This document shows, one piece after another, positions 52,922 to 63,500 of a DNA stretch of 64,000 bases. Source of the stretch: an uncultured Chloroflexia bacterium (lineage in GTDB: Bacteria > Chloroflexota > Dehalococcoidia > DSTF01 > JALHUB01); NCBI GenBank assembly GCA_963842845.1, contig CAWJHZ010000011.1, positions 4,744-68,743 of the forward strand, read 5' to 3'. The notes below the pieces were generated by a model. The model was not told the origin of the DNA and did no database searches. It saw only the letters and a program-made list of their open reading frames with translations. Position 1 is the first letter of the stretch; each line of letters starts with the position of its first letter. The position numbers and the translations under genes were made by a program.

Positions 52922-55900
52922 ATGTACCTCAAGCGGTTGGAGCTGCGCGGGTTCAAGAGCTTCGCTGCTCAGACTGTCTTTCAGTTCGGGACTGGCATCA
53001 CCGGCGTCGTCGGGCCTAACGGCGTCGGCAAGAGCAACGTCGCCGACGCCATTCGCTGGGTCCTCGGCGAGCAGAGCGCCCGTACGCTGAGAGCCCGTCG
53101 GCTCGAAGACGTCATCTTCTCCGGCAGCAGCCAGAAGTCGCCCGTCGGCATGGCCGAGGTCAATCTCGTCCTGGACAACAGCGACGGCTGGCTCCCCATC
53201 GACTTCCAGGAGGTCGTCGTTGGTCGCCGCGCCTACCGCGACGGCCAGGGCGAGTACCTCATCAACCGCAACCGCGTCCGCCTGCGCGATGTTAACGACC
53301 TCTTCCTCCACTCCGAGCTCGGCCAGGGCACCTATGCCTTCATCGGCCAGGGCCTGGTCGAAGAAGTGCTCGGCCTGCGACCCGAGGAGCGGCGCGGTCT
53401 CATCGACGAGGCCGCCGACGTTCGCCGCTACCGTGTCAAGCTCGACGAAGCGCGCGCCCGCCTCGTCGCCACCCGCGACAACCTGGAACGCGTCAACCTG
53501 CTCCTTTCTGAGATATCGCCGACCCTGGCGCGGTTGGAGCGGCAGGCCGAGCGCGCCGACATGCACGCCCGCCTTAGCCGCGAGCTGGCGCAAGCCCTCC
53601 AGGCCTGGTACGGCCACCACTGGCGTGAGGCGCAGGACGCCCTGACCGCCGCCCTCGCCGGCTGCGACCAGCGTCAGGAGGAGTTCCGCCAAGCCGAAGC
53701 CGAGATCCGCGCCTGCAGCGAAAGCGGCGAAGCGCTGCGTCGTGCCATTGAAGAGCGACGCCGCGAGATCGCCCAGCGCTCGGTCGCCGAACGCGAGCTC
53801 TCTGACCAGTTGCGCCGTCTCGAGCACCAGTGCGCCCTCGACGAAGAACGGCAGCGCATGCTCGGCGACCGTCTCCAGGAGATACGATCGGACGTCGAAG
53901 CGCTGGCCGCCGATCGAGAGCGACGCCAGCAGCAAGAGACCGGCGCCGGCGAGCGCAGAAGCGCCCTCGACCGCGAGGTCGCCGAGCGGCTTGCCGAGGT
54001 CATGACGCGCCGCCAGGAGCTCGAAGGCGCCGAGAAAGAGCGCGCCGACCTCCGCAGCCGCGCCATCCAGGCGGAAGAGCAGGCCATCCGCGCCCGCAAC
54101 GTCGTCGCGGAGATCGAAGCGCGGCTGGAGCGCGTCCGCAAGACGGAGGAGAGCCTTCGCCAGGAGATCGAGGAGCTACGCGACCGTCGCAAAGACAACC
54201 TGCGCCGTCTCGCTAGCCTGGCGCAAGACTACAAGTTCCACCACGACGACCGCGCCCGCATCGAAAAAGAGGTCGCCGATGTGGCCGAAAGCCAGGTCGC
54301 CGTCAACGACGCCATCGCCGACACGCGACGCAGCCTGGCCCGCGCCGAGGAGCGCGTCCCCGAGCTCCAGGCCGACCTCCAGCGCGCCAGGGCCCGCGTC
54401 GATATCCTCGGCCGCGTTCACGCCGAGCGCGAAGGCTTCGACGAGGCGACCCGCATGCTACTCGTCGCCGCCGGCCAGGCCCCCTATGGCGACGACGAAG
54501 ACACGCCGGAGCCCGGCAGCCTGCAAGGCTACATCGGCGTGCTTGCCGGCCTCATTCGCGTGCCACCCGGCCTGGAGAAGGCCATCGAGGCGGCTCTCGC
54601 CGACAGCCTCCAGTCCATCGTCCTTGCCTCTCACGCCGATGTGCTGGCCGCGGTGCAACTCCTCATGGAGTACCCGCGCGGCCGCGTCACGCTGTATTCG
54701 GCCGACAACCTGGCGCCCTCGCGACCGCTGGTCCTCATGCAGGAGAAGGGCATCGTCGGCGTCGCCTCCGACCTCGTGAGCTGCGACGCGCGCTTCAAGC
54801 CGCTCATCGAGACGCTCCTTGGCCGCACCATCGTCGTCGAGAACCTGGTAATCGGCCTGCGCGTCCTCAAGCGCGGCATGGGCAACGTCGCCACCCTCGA
54901 CGGCGAGCTCTTGCGGTCCACCGGCGCCGTCACCGGCGGCAGCTCCCGCACTGTGGGCGCCCTCATCGCCCGCGAGAGCGAACTGCGACGTCTCCCGGCG
55001 CAGATGTCCGACCTCGAAGCCGCAGTCAAGGAGAAGCAGGCGGAGATCGACGGCTACCGTCGCGCCCTCCGCGACTACGACGCCGCCCTCGGCGCCCATG
55101 CAAAGACTCAGCAGCGTCTCTGGCAAGACCGCGCTGCGACCGAGCAGTCGTTCGTCGAGCACCGCGGCCACCTGGCGCTCCTATCCGGCCAGATGCGCGA
55201 GCTGCGCCACCAGGAAACGCGCGCCGCCCAGACAGCGAAGCAGGTCGCCGCCGAGCGCGAAAGCCTCGAGCGCGAACGCGATTCGCTTTCCGGGGAAGCG
55301 GCCGCGGCCGTCGAGGCGGCCGAGCGGCACACAGAGGTCATTGCTGCCGTCACCGAGCGCCTGCCGGCCCTCACAGAGGCGCTCACCCAGGCCAGCAGCG
55401 CCCTCGCCGCCGTCGAAGGCGAGCGCCAGGCGCTGAGCCTGCGCACCGAAGAGCAGGAGACCGCCCTCGCCCGCATTGATGCCCAGACCGTCCGCAAACA
55501 GGGCCAGCTCGCTGACGTCGAGACGCAGATGGCCGCCGCGTCGGAGCGCCTCCAGCAGGCGCAGGCGTCGCTGGATGAAAAGCGACAGCGCTGGGGAGAG
55601 CTCACCGGCGTCCAGCAGCCCGGCGAAGAAGAGCTAACCCGACTGGAATCGCGCGAGAAGGGCCTGAGAAGCGAGATGGAGGTCGCACTGGCGCGTCGGC
55701 GTGACGCGGAGATCGGCCTCCTCGAAGCGCAGGCGGCGGTCAAGCAAAGGACCGACGAGCTGGAGACCCTGCGCGAAGGTATGGAGGCCGAAGGCCTTAC
55801 CGCCACGGAGACCGGCGACGTCGTGCCCGTCTCCCGCCCGTCGCAGGGGCTGCCCGACTGGCTTGCCGGCGAGCACGCGTCCTTCGACGAGCCGGAGGAC

Positions 55901-56602
55901 CGCCTGCCGCCAATCCGCGGCGGTTCAGACATCGACCCCGTCGCCCTCAAGGAGCAGATCAGCCACCTGCGCGCCCGCATCCGCTCGCTCGGCCCCGTCG
56001 ACGCCCAGGCGCCCGCCGACTACGCCGAAAGCCGCCAGCGCTACGACTTCCTCAGCGGCCAGGTCGCCGACCTCGGCCAGGCGGAAGCGCTGCTTCAGGA
56101 GGCGATAGCCGAGCTGGAGGAGAAGATCAAGGAGCGCTTCGCCGACGCCTTTAAGAAGGTGGACGAGGAGTTCCAGCGCTACTTCGCAACCTTCTTCGGC
56201 GGCGGCACCGCGCGCCTCGTCCAGACACAGCCGAAGGAGGACGACGAGGAGGCCGGCATCGAAATTATGGCGCAGCCGCCGGGCAAGCGCGTCGCCAGCC
56301 TATCGATGCTCTCCGGCGGCGAACGGGCGCTGACGGCCGTCTCGCTGCTCTTCGCTCTCTTGCAGACGCGTCCTTCGCCGTTCTGCGTCCTCGACGAAGT
56401 CGACGCCATGCTCGACGAGTCGAACGTAGGGCGGTTCGCGGAGGCCGTCAAGATGCTGGCGGAAGCGACGCAGTTCATCATCATCACCCACAATCGCCGC
56501 ACCATCGAGATGGCGGACCACATCTACGGCGTCGCCATGTCTAAGGACATGACGTCGTCCATCCTCTCACTCCGCCTCAGCGACCTCCCTTCCGGTGCCT
56601 GA
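52922..56602 (+). CDS. smc: chromosome segregation protein
   Basis: GFKSF, GPNGVGKSN, coiled coils, hinge, LSGGE, LDEVDA. Confidence 0.96.
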   Translation: MYLKRLELRGFKSFAAQTVFQFGTGITGVVGPNGVGKSNVADAIRWVLGEQSARTLRARRLEDVIFSGSSQKSPVGMAEVNLVLDNSDGWLPIDFQEVVVGRRAYRDGQGEYLINRNRVRLRDVNDLFLHSELGQGTYAFIGQGLVEEVLGLRPEERRGLIDEAADVRRYRVKLDEARARLVATRDNLERVNLLLSEISPTLARLERQAERADMHARLSRELAQALQAWYGHHWREAQDALTAALAGCDQRQEEFRQAEAEIRACSESGEALRRAIEERRREIAQRSVAERELSDQLRRLEHQCALDEERQRMLGDRLQEIRSDVEALAADRERRQQQETGAGERRSALDREVAERLAEVMTRRQELEGAEKERADLRSRAIQAEEQAIRARNVVAEIEARLERVRKTEESLRQEIEELRDRRKDNLRRLASLAQDYKFHHDDRARIEKEVADVAESQVAVNDAIADTRRSLARAEERVPELQADLQRARARVDILGRVHAEREGFDEATRMLLVAAGQAPYGDDEDTPEPGSLQGYIGVLAGLIRVPPGLEKAIEAALADSLQSIVLASHADVLAAVQLLMEYPRGRVTLYSADNLAPSRPLVLMQEKGIVGVASDLVSCDARFKPLIETLLGRTIVVENLVIGLRVLKRGMGNVATLDGELLRSTGAVTGGSSRTVGALIARESELRRLPAQMSDLEAAVKEKQAEIDGYRRALRDYDAALGAHAKTQQRLWQDRAATEQSFVEHRGHLALLSGQMRELRHQETRAAQTAKQVAAERESLERERDSLSGEAAAAVEAAERHTEVIAAVTERLPALTEALTQASSALAAVEGERQALSLRTEEQETALARIDAQTVRKQGQLADVETQMAAASERLQQAQASLDEKRQRWGELTGVQQPGEEELTRLESREKGLRSEMEVALARRRDAEIGLLEAQAAVKQRTDELETLREGMEAEGLTATETGDVVPVSRPSQGLPDWLAGEHASFDEPEDRLPPIRGGSDIDPVALKEQISHLRARIRSLGPVDAQAPADYAESRQRYDFLSGQVADLGQAEALLQEAIAELEEKIKERFADAFKKVDEEFQRYFATFFGGGTARLVQTQPKEDDEEAGIEIMAQPPGKRVASLSMLSGGERALTAVSLLFALLQTRPSPFCVLDEVDAMLDESNVGRFAEAVKMLAEATQFIIITHNRRTIEMADHIYGVAMSKDMTSSILSLRLSDLPSGA

Positions 56603-56983
56603 CCGCGTCTGGCGGACGCCCGACCAGCCTCCAACAGAGGAAGCAAAGCCTTCGGCGTCGTAGTATCGGGGGAGTGCAGAGGGCGCAGCCCTTTGCCGGG
56701 GTTGCAGGGGTGTCCCCTGCTTCCTGAAGAACCGATCTAGGGCGGGCGGGTGGGAAAGAAGACGCGGATGTTTCGGGAGCGCATCCCACGCTATGTCCAG
56801 CACCAACGCCTGGGCGGATTGTTGCGTCACGTTCTCGCCAACCCCGACAACGTCACCTATGGCGGGTTGGGCAAAGGGTAAGCTGCGGGATTCGTCGCGC
56901 GGAACTGTGGCGAAGTTGATCGCCCGATCTCCCAATGCTATGATCTTCCCAACGTCGCGTCAGCGAAAGGAGATTGGCTGTCC

Positions 56984-57946
56984 TTGCGTCTATTCCGAAA
57001 ACAAAAAGGCGAAGGGGAAGACGCCGGGAAGACCGAACAGGCCCTAGAACGGACTCGCAGAACCTGGTTCAGCCATCTCACCTCCCTCTTCGAACGCTCC
57101 CGTATCGACGACTCCCTCTGGGAAGAGCTCGAGGAGCTCCTGATAGGCGCCGACGCCGGCGTCGCGACCGCCCAGAAAGTGCTCGAAGACGTGCAGCAGC
57201 GCGTCGACAAGGAAGGGCTGAAGGACCCGGCTGAGGTCCGCGACGCCCTGAAAGACGAGCTCGTTGCCATTCTCAAGACCGCCCAGCCCAGGGGCGCCCT
57301 CTGGCAGAACGGCGGCCACCCGCAGCCGGCGCCAAAGCCCGCAGTCATCCTCGTAGTCGGCGTCAACGGCACCGGCAAGACCACCAGCATCGGCAAGCTC
57401 GCCTACGCCCTCCGACAGGAAGGCCGCCAGGTGACCATCGCCGCCGCCGACACCTTCCGCGCCGCCGCCATCGAGCAGATGCGCGAATGGGGCGACCGGG
57501 TGGGCGCCGAAGTCATCGCCCACAAACAGGGCGCGGACCCGGGCGCCGTCGTCTTCGATGCCCTGTCCGCCGCCGAAAGCCGTGGCGCCGACGTCGTCAT
57601 CGTCGACACCGCTGGCCGCCTTCACACCAAGTTCAACCTGATGGAGGAGCTGCGAAAAATCCTCCGCGTCATCCAGCGCAAGGACGCCAGCGCGCCGCAC
57701 GAGGTGCTGCTCGTCCTCGACGCGACTACCGGCCAGAACGCCCTCACCCAGGCAAAGGCCTTCGCCGAGGCGGTAGACGTCACCGCCATCTGCCTCGCCA
57801 AGCTCGACGGCACGTCGAAGGGCGGCATGGTATTCGCTATCTCCGACCAGCTCGGCGTTCCCGTCCGCTTCATCGGCAGCGGCGAGGGCCCGGAAGACCT
57901 GGGAGAGTTTTCCCCTGAGGAGTTCGTTGAAGCGCTATTTGAGTAG
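56984..57946 (+). CDS. ftsY: SRP receptor
   Basis: [30 protein letters not shown]. Confidence 0.97.
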   Translation: MRLFRKQKGEGEDAGKTEQALERTRRTWFSHLTSLFERSRIDDSLWEELEELLIGADAGVATAQKVLEDVQQRVDKEGLKDPAEVRDALKDELVAILKTAQPRGALWQNGGHPQPAPKPAVILVVGVNGTGKTTSIGKLAYALRQEGRQVTIAAADTFRAAAIEQMREWGDRVGAEVIAHKQGADPGAVVFDALSAAESRGADVVIVDTAGRLHTKFNLMEELRKILRVIQRKDASAPHEVLLVLDATTGQNALTQAKAFAEAVDVTAICLAKLDGTSKGGMVFAISDQLGVPVRFIGSGEGPEDLGEFSPEEFVEALFE

Positions 57947-58032
57947 CGGAAACGGCTCCATCTTCCCCTCAAGGACGAGGCCCGTAGGGAGCCACGTGCG
58001 CGTTCGCGGCAGCGACGCGAAGGGGTCACGAC

Positions 58033-60429
58033 ATGCCTGACACGCTGTTCTGGTGGCTGGCCGTCGAGGTGATGGGCCTGGTGGCCTTCCCTCTCGTCTA
58101 CGCCCTCTTCCCGCGCTTCCCCGACCGTGGCTACGCCTTCGCCAAGCCCTTCGGGCTGCTCGCCGTCGGCTTCGTCTTCTGGATACTCGGTTCCGCCTGG
58201 GTCCTGACGAACAACGTCGGCGGAATCGTCTGGGTCATCCTGATGGTCGGCGCGGCCTCCGGCTACTTCGCCTGGCGCCGTCGCGACGAGATGCTCAGCT
58301 TCCTTCGCGAGAAGTGGTCGCTCCTCCTCGTCATCGAAGGCCTCTTCCTCGTAGCTTTCATCGTCGCTGTCTATTTGCGCTCCTTCTCGCCCGACATTAG
58401 CGGCACCGAGAAGCCGATGGACTTCGCCTTCCTCAACGCCTCAACCATCAGCCAGCACTTCGCTCCCAACGACCCCTGGCTCTCCGGCCACACTATTAGC
58501 TATTACTACGGCGGCTACTTCCTCGTCGCCATGACCGGCAAGCTGGCCGGCGTGAGTACCGGCGTCGGCTATAACCTCGGTCTGGCGATGATCGCCGCCC
58601 TCGCCGTCGTCGGCGCCTTCGGCCTCGTCTACAACCTGGTCAGCCTTCACGAGGGGGCCGTAGCGAAGCGGGCGAAGATTCTCGCCTGGCCACTTGTCTT
58701 CGGGCTCGTGGCCGCCTTCCTGCTGACTGTCGTCTCCAACCTGGAGGGCCTGCTCGAATTCCTTGCGGCCCACGGTGTGGGCGGCGCCGGCTTCTGGAAC
58801 TGGATCGACATCAAGGGGCTCACCAGCGTCGGCAACACTACCAACACCTGGTATCCCACGTCGAACTGGTGGTGGTGGAAGGCCGCCCGCGTCATGTCAC
58901 CGACGGCGCCGGAGACGATCACGGAGTTCCCCTTCTTCAGCTTCCTCCTCGGTGACCTGCACCCACACGTCATGGCGATTCCGTTCGACCTGATCGGGAT
59001 CGGCGCCGCCGTCCGCCTGCTCCAGGAGGATGAGACGCTCGACCTCTCGTTCTGGACGCGGCACCAGATGGTCCTCGTGGCGCTGGCCGTGCTTGTCGGC
59101 GGGCTGTCCTTCCTCAACACCTGGGACTTGCCGACCTTCTTCTTCCTGCTGCTGGTCGCCGCCTTCCTGCGCAACTATCTCGCGCTGAAGCGGTGGGACT
59201 GGAAGCTGCTGAAGCAAACGCTCGGGTTCGCCGTGCCGCTGGGGATCGCCTCCGTCGTTGCTTACGTCCCCTATCACAAGCTGTTCATCCCGGCCTTCGG
59301 CTTCGCCAGCCAGGCAAACGGCATCGCCCCCGTCGAAGGCAACGGCACCATGCCATTCCACGCCTTCATCTTCTGGGGCCCGTTTGCCGTGCTGATGCTT
59401 CCCTTCGCCGCCCAGCGACTCGTCGCCTCTCTGAAAGAGCGCCGCTGGCAGCGAAACGAATGGCTTGCCGCCGTTCCCGGGCTCGCCGTCGTCGGATTCT
59501 GGTTCCTCTGGGTTCTGGCCCGCGGCCACCTGGGCAGCGCCGTCCCCGCGAGGGGCAGCGCCTGGCTGACGGCCGCGATTCTCGTCGTCCTCCTGACGCT
59601 GCTCATTGCCACGCTCCGTCGCGAGGTCGAGGCCTTAGCCGCCGGTAAGAGCTCGCTGCCGATAGTTGTGGCCCTTTTGGCCGGCTCTCTGGCGGCTCTG
59701 CTGGTCCTCGGCGCTGAGTTCTACTTCATCCGCGACGTCTTCAATGACCGCATGAACACCGTGTTTAAGCTCTACTACCAGGCCTGGATGTTCCTGGCCA
59801 TCGGCGGCGGCTTCGCCCTCTACTACATGGTCCGGCACTGGCTGCCGACGAAGACGGTCTCCGGCGGCTGGCGGTACACCTGGGCGGGCGCTGCAGTCGT
59901 AATCCTGGCGGCTGCTCTCGCCTACCCCGTCGGCGCCACCTACGCTCGAACCGACAACTTTGGCGCCAAGCAGAACCTCGACGGTCTCGCTTTCGCCAAG
60001 CAGGATTCCCAGGGCGACTGGCCCCTGGCGCAATGGCTCCTCCAGAACGCGAAGCCGAGCAGCGTCATCGTAGAGATGGTTGGCAACCAGACCATCGGCT
60101 ACGAGTGGGGCTCGACCGGCCGTATCTCCTCCTGGACGGGCCTTTCGACCATCTTCGCCTGGCCTGGCCATGAGCAGCAGTGGCGCGGCTGGAAGGGCGG
60201 CAGCAACGACCTTTCCGCTGCCCGCATGGGCGATGTCGACACCCTCTACAAGACGGAAGACACGAACCAGGTCAAGCAGATCGTCGCCAAGTACGGCATC
60301 AATTACATCATCGTGGGTTCCCTCGAGCGACAGGCCTACTCGTCGGCCGCGCTCGAGAAGTTCGACAGCATATATCCGGTCGCCTTCAAGTCAGGCGACA
60401 ACGTGATCTACACGACTGGAGCTAAGTAG
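58033..60429 (+). CDS. DUF2298 / Chlor_Arch_YYY-domain polytopic membrane protein (GT-C-like)
   Basis: GTEKPMDF, DPWLSG..ISYYYGG, ITEFPFFSFLLGDLHPH, NTWD.P, RMNTVFKLYYQAW, WPGHEQQW. Confidence 0.88.
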   Translation: MPDTLFWWLAVEVMGLVAFPLVYALFPRFPDRGYAFAKPFGLLAVGFVFWILGSAWVLTNNVGGIVWVILMVGAASGYFAWRRRDEMLSFLREKWSLLLVIEGLFLVAFIVAVYLRSFSPDISGTEKPMDFAFLNASTISQHFAPNDPWLSGHTISYYYGGYFLVAMTGKLAGVSTGVGYNLGLAMIAALAVVGAFGLVYNLVSLHEGAVAKRAKILAWPLVFGLVAAFLLTVVSNLEGLLEFLAAHGVGGAGFWNWIDIKGLTSVGNTTNTWYPTSNWWWWKAARVMSPTAPETITEFPFFSFLLGDLHPHVMAIPFDLIGIGAAVRLLQEDETLDLSFWTRHQMVLVALAVLVGGLSFLNTWDLPTFFFLLLVAAFLRNYLALKRWDWKLLKQTLGFAVPLGIASVVAYVPYHKLFIPAFGFASQANGIAPVEGNGTMPFHAFIFWGPFAVLMLPFAAQRLVASLKERRWQRNEWLAAVPGLAVVGFWFLWVLARGHLGSAVPARGSAWLTAAILVVLLTLLIATLRREVEALAAGKSSLPIVVALLAGSLAALLVLGAEFYFIRDVFNDRMNTVFKLYYQAWMFLAIGGGFALYYMVRHWLPTKTVSGGWRYTWAGAAVVILAAALAYPVGATYARTDNFGAKQNLDGLAFAKQDSQGDWPLAQWLLQNAKPSSVIVEMVGNQTIGYEWGSTGRISSWTGLSTIFAWPGHEQQWRGWKGGSNDLSAARMGDVDTLYKTEDTNQVKQIVAKYGINYIIVGSLERQAYSSAALEKFDSIYPVAFKSGDNVIYTTGAK

Positions 60430-60504
60430 GAGCGAGAGTGGACGCTGGGGTGCAGTAAGCCAGCCGTCCCCGTATACTACTCATTGAGGAGTTCATAGGC
60501 GCTC

Positions 60505-63500
60505 ATGGCCGTATCTGACGAACCTGTATCTGACGAACCGAAAAAGCCCGCCGTCTCTGCCAAGGTCTCCTCCGCGCAGGCGCTCGCCTGGCTGAAGGCG
60601 AACTGGCCGCGCTACTGGGAGATCGCCGTGTTCGCTGCCATAGTCGCCGTCGCAGCCGGACTGCGCCTCTGGCACCTCGGCTTGCGTGCCATCTCCCATG
60701 ACGAGAGCCTTCACGCCACCTATAGCTGGTATCTCTACAACGGTCAGGGGTACACGCACGACCCCATGATGCACGGACCATTCAAGTTCTTCGGCGTCGC
60801 TTTCATCTGGAAAGTGCTCGCCTTCATCAGCGCGGCTCCCCTGCTCAGCAACTGGGTACACTGGGGTCCCAGCGATTACACTGTGCGCCTCCTTCCCGCC
60901 ATTTTCGGAACGGGGCTTGTAGCGCTTCCGTTCTTCTTCAGGAGCTACATCGGGCGCGTCGGTGCCTTCTTCGCCGCGCTGCTCCTTGCCTTCTCACCCA
61001 TCCTCCTCTTCTTCAGCCGCTACATCCGCGACGATGTCCTAATCGCCTTCTTTACGCTGGCCCTCGTGATCTGCATGTGGCGGTATCTCTCGGAACGGCG
61101 AACCTGGTTCCTTTTCCTGATCGCCGGGCTGCTCGCGCTCAGCTTCGTAACGATGGAGGCTGCTTTCCTGATATCGGGCCTCCTCCTACTCTACCTCGAC
61201 ATGCTCGTCGCCTGGGACCTCGCGGAGCAAATGCGGGAGAAACATTCGCCGAAAGCGTTTGCGGCGCACGCGAAGCCTACAGGTGCCGACCCATTGCCAG
61301 CCGAAACATCGCATCGCGCCCGGCCCGACATCGACTACTATGGGGTATTAGGTGTGCCCACACATGCCAGTTCGAAAGACATAAAGAGGGCATATCGCAG
61401 ATTAGCGCAGGAGTGGCACCCCGACAAGAACAAAGACGCCAGCGCAGACGAGAGGTTCAAGCAAATACAGGACGCTTATGAGCTCCTGATGAATCCGCAG
61501 CGGCGTGCCGCGTATGATGACCGGCTCGGCACCACCGACATCGTCCCGATCGCCAAAGCCAAATCGTCGGTCCCCCGGGCTGGCCAAATTTCGGAAGGCC
61601 CATTCCGCTGGGCGGCCTTGTTTGTCGTGCTCATCCCCTTTGCCTGGCTCATCGCTGCCGCCTGGCCGTTTATCGGGAAGTGGCGTGCTCGCTGGGGCCT
61701 CGAAAAGCTTCCGCTTTCCGCCGACCTCCTGCTGGTCATGGGAACGCTCGCGGGAGTGCAGTTCGCCGCCGGCGTCCAGCTAATCCCATTTATCGGCGGC
61801 ACGAAAACCTATTACAAAGACCCGGGCGCCAACGAGCAGACACTGATGAGGCTCACGGTTTTCTCGTTCCTCTTCGTGACAACCTACATCGGCCTTCTCT
61901 GGAAGCCGCGTACCTGGCTGATCTGTGCTGGGATCTTCTACGCCATCTTTGTGCTCTTCTACACGTCGTTCTTCACCAACATGGGCGGCTTCTGGTCCGG
62001 CATCTGGGGCTCGCTGGACTACTGGTTGCAGCAGCAGGGCGTGCAGCGCGGCAGTCAACCCGTCTACTACCCGCTGATGGTGCTGACGATGTACGAGTTT
62101 CTGCCATTGGCGGTCGCGACAATCGGCGGCCTGTGGCTTCTCATGCATCGACGCTTTCTCGCCTCATTGGCGGCGGTGCTGTCCGGTTTCCTGATCGTCC
62201 TTGCCTATTTCACACTCCACGCGTCCTTGCCGGGCATGGTGCCCATACTTGTTGTGCTGGGCATCATCCTGTTCCTTCTTAAGCAGAATCTTTTCACGTC
62301 CTTCCTCATCTTCTGGTCAGTCGGCTCACTCATCGAGATTATGACGGCGGGCGAGAAGATGCCGCCAGCACTCCATCTATGTCGTGGTGCCGATGGCTAT
62401 CCTGGCCGCCAATTTCATCAATACGTTCTTCGACCGGTTCCGCATCAAGTTGCCCTTCGACTGGCGCAGTCCAGAGGCGCTGGTGCTTATGGCGGGCGTC
62501 TGCGGCTTCCTTTCGATGGTCATCCTCTGGGCGACGGCGTTCTCGGGGTTTGGCGCCGTAGTCGCCTTGCTGTTCGGCGTGGTTGCCGCCGTTCTCATCG
62601 GCCGCGCCGTCATGGTTCGCGGACCGCTTCTCGGCGGCCAGGCTGCGGTCGCCCTCCTGGTGCCGGCGCTGTTCATCTTCACCGTGCGCGACGCATTCCG
62701 CGCGAACTTCCAAATGGGCCGACCTGGCCGCGGGAGATTCTCTCTTATGCTGATATATCGCCCACCCTGCCAGGTGTTCGGGACCAGGTCGTCGCCGCCG
62801 GCAACGAGAGCGGCCTGGCAACGCCTACCCTATCGTCGTCGATAACGAAATCGCCTGGCCGATGGTCTGGTACCTCCGCAACGACCACAAGGTCGCCCTG
62901 GGCGAGCTCGAGTATGACGCCTCCGGGTCCCGGCAGCATCGTCTTGATCGGGATGGACCATCAGAGCTGGATGGACCCGTATGTCGACGAGTATCAAATA
63001 CCTATGCCCGTCCGTCACCTGTGGTGGTTCGGCGACGGCCCGCAGTACTACGACGGAATAACCTCCGGCGGATTCGTCAAAGACCTGTTCGACCCGAGCG
63101 TCTGGAACGTCTGGCGCAACTACTTCGTCTGGCGGAACACTCCCTGGGCGCCGCCGCCCGACGACTCCCTGCTCTACATCCCGAAATCCTTGGCCACCGC
63201 CACCAGCAAGCCGGTGCCGGCCGTGACCATACCTACGGTCACCGTTCCGCCCGCAAGCCAGCTCGTGATCGGTAGCGAGGGCTCCGGCAATGGCCAGCTC
63301 AACGAGCCGACCGACGTCAGCGTCGATCAGGCGGGCAACGTCTACGTCTCGGATGGAAAGAACAACCGGATCGACGTCTTCGACAAGGACGGGAAGCCGC
63401 TGCGCACCTTCCAGCCGACCGGCGACGCCGCCCTCAACGAGCCATGGGGCGTCGCCGTCGCAGCAGACGGCAGCATCTACGTGTCCGACACCTGGAACAA

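Noticed and set aside
60511-60540. 15-bp tandem duplication (VSDEP x2)
   Set aside because: Trivial in-frame duplication in a low-complexity N-terminus.
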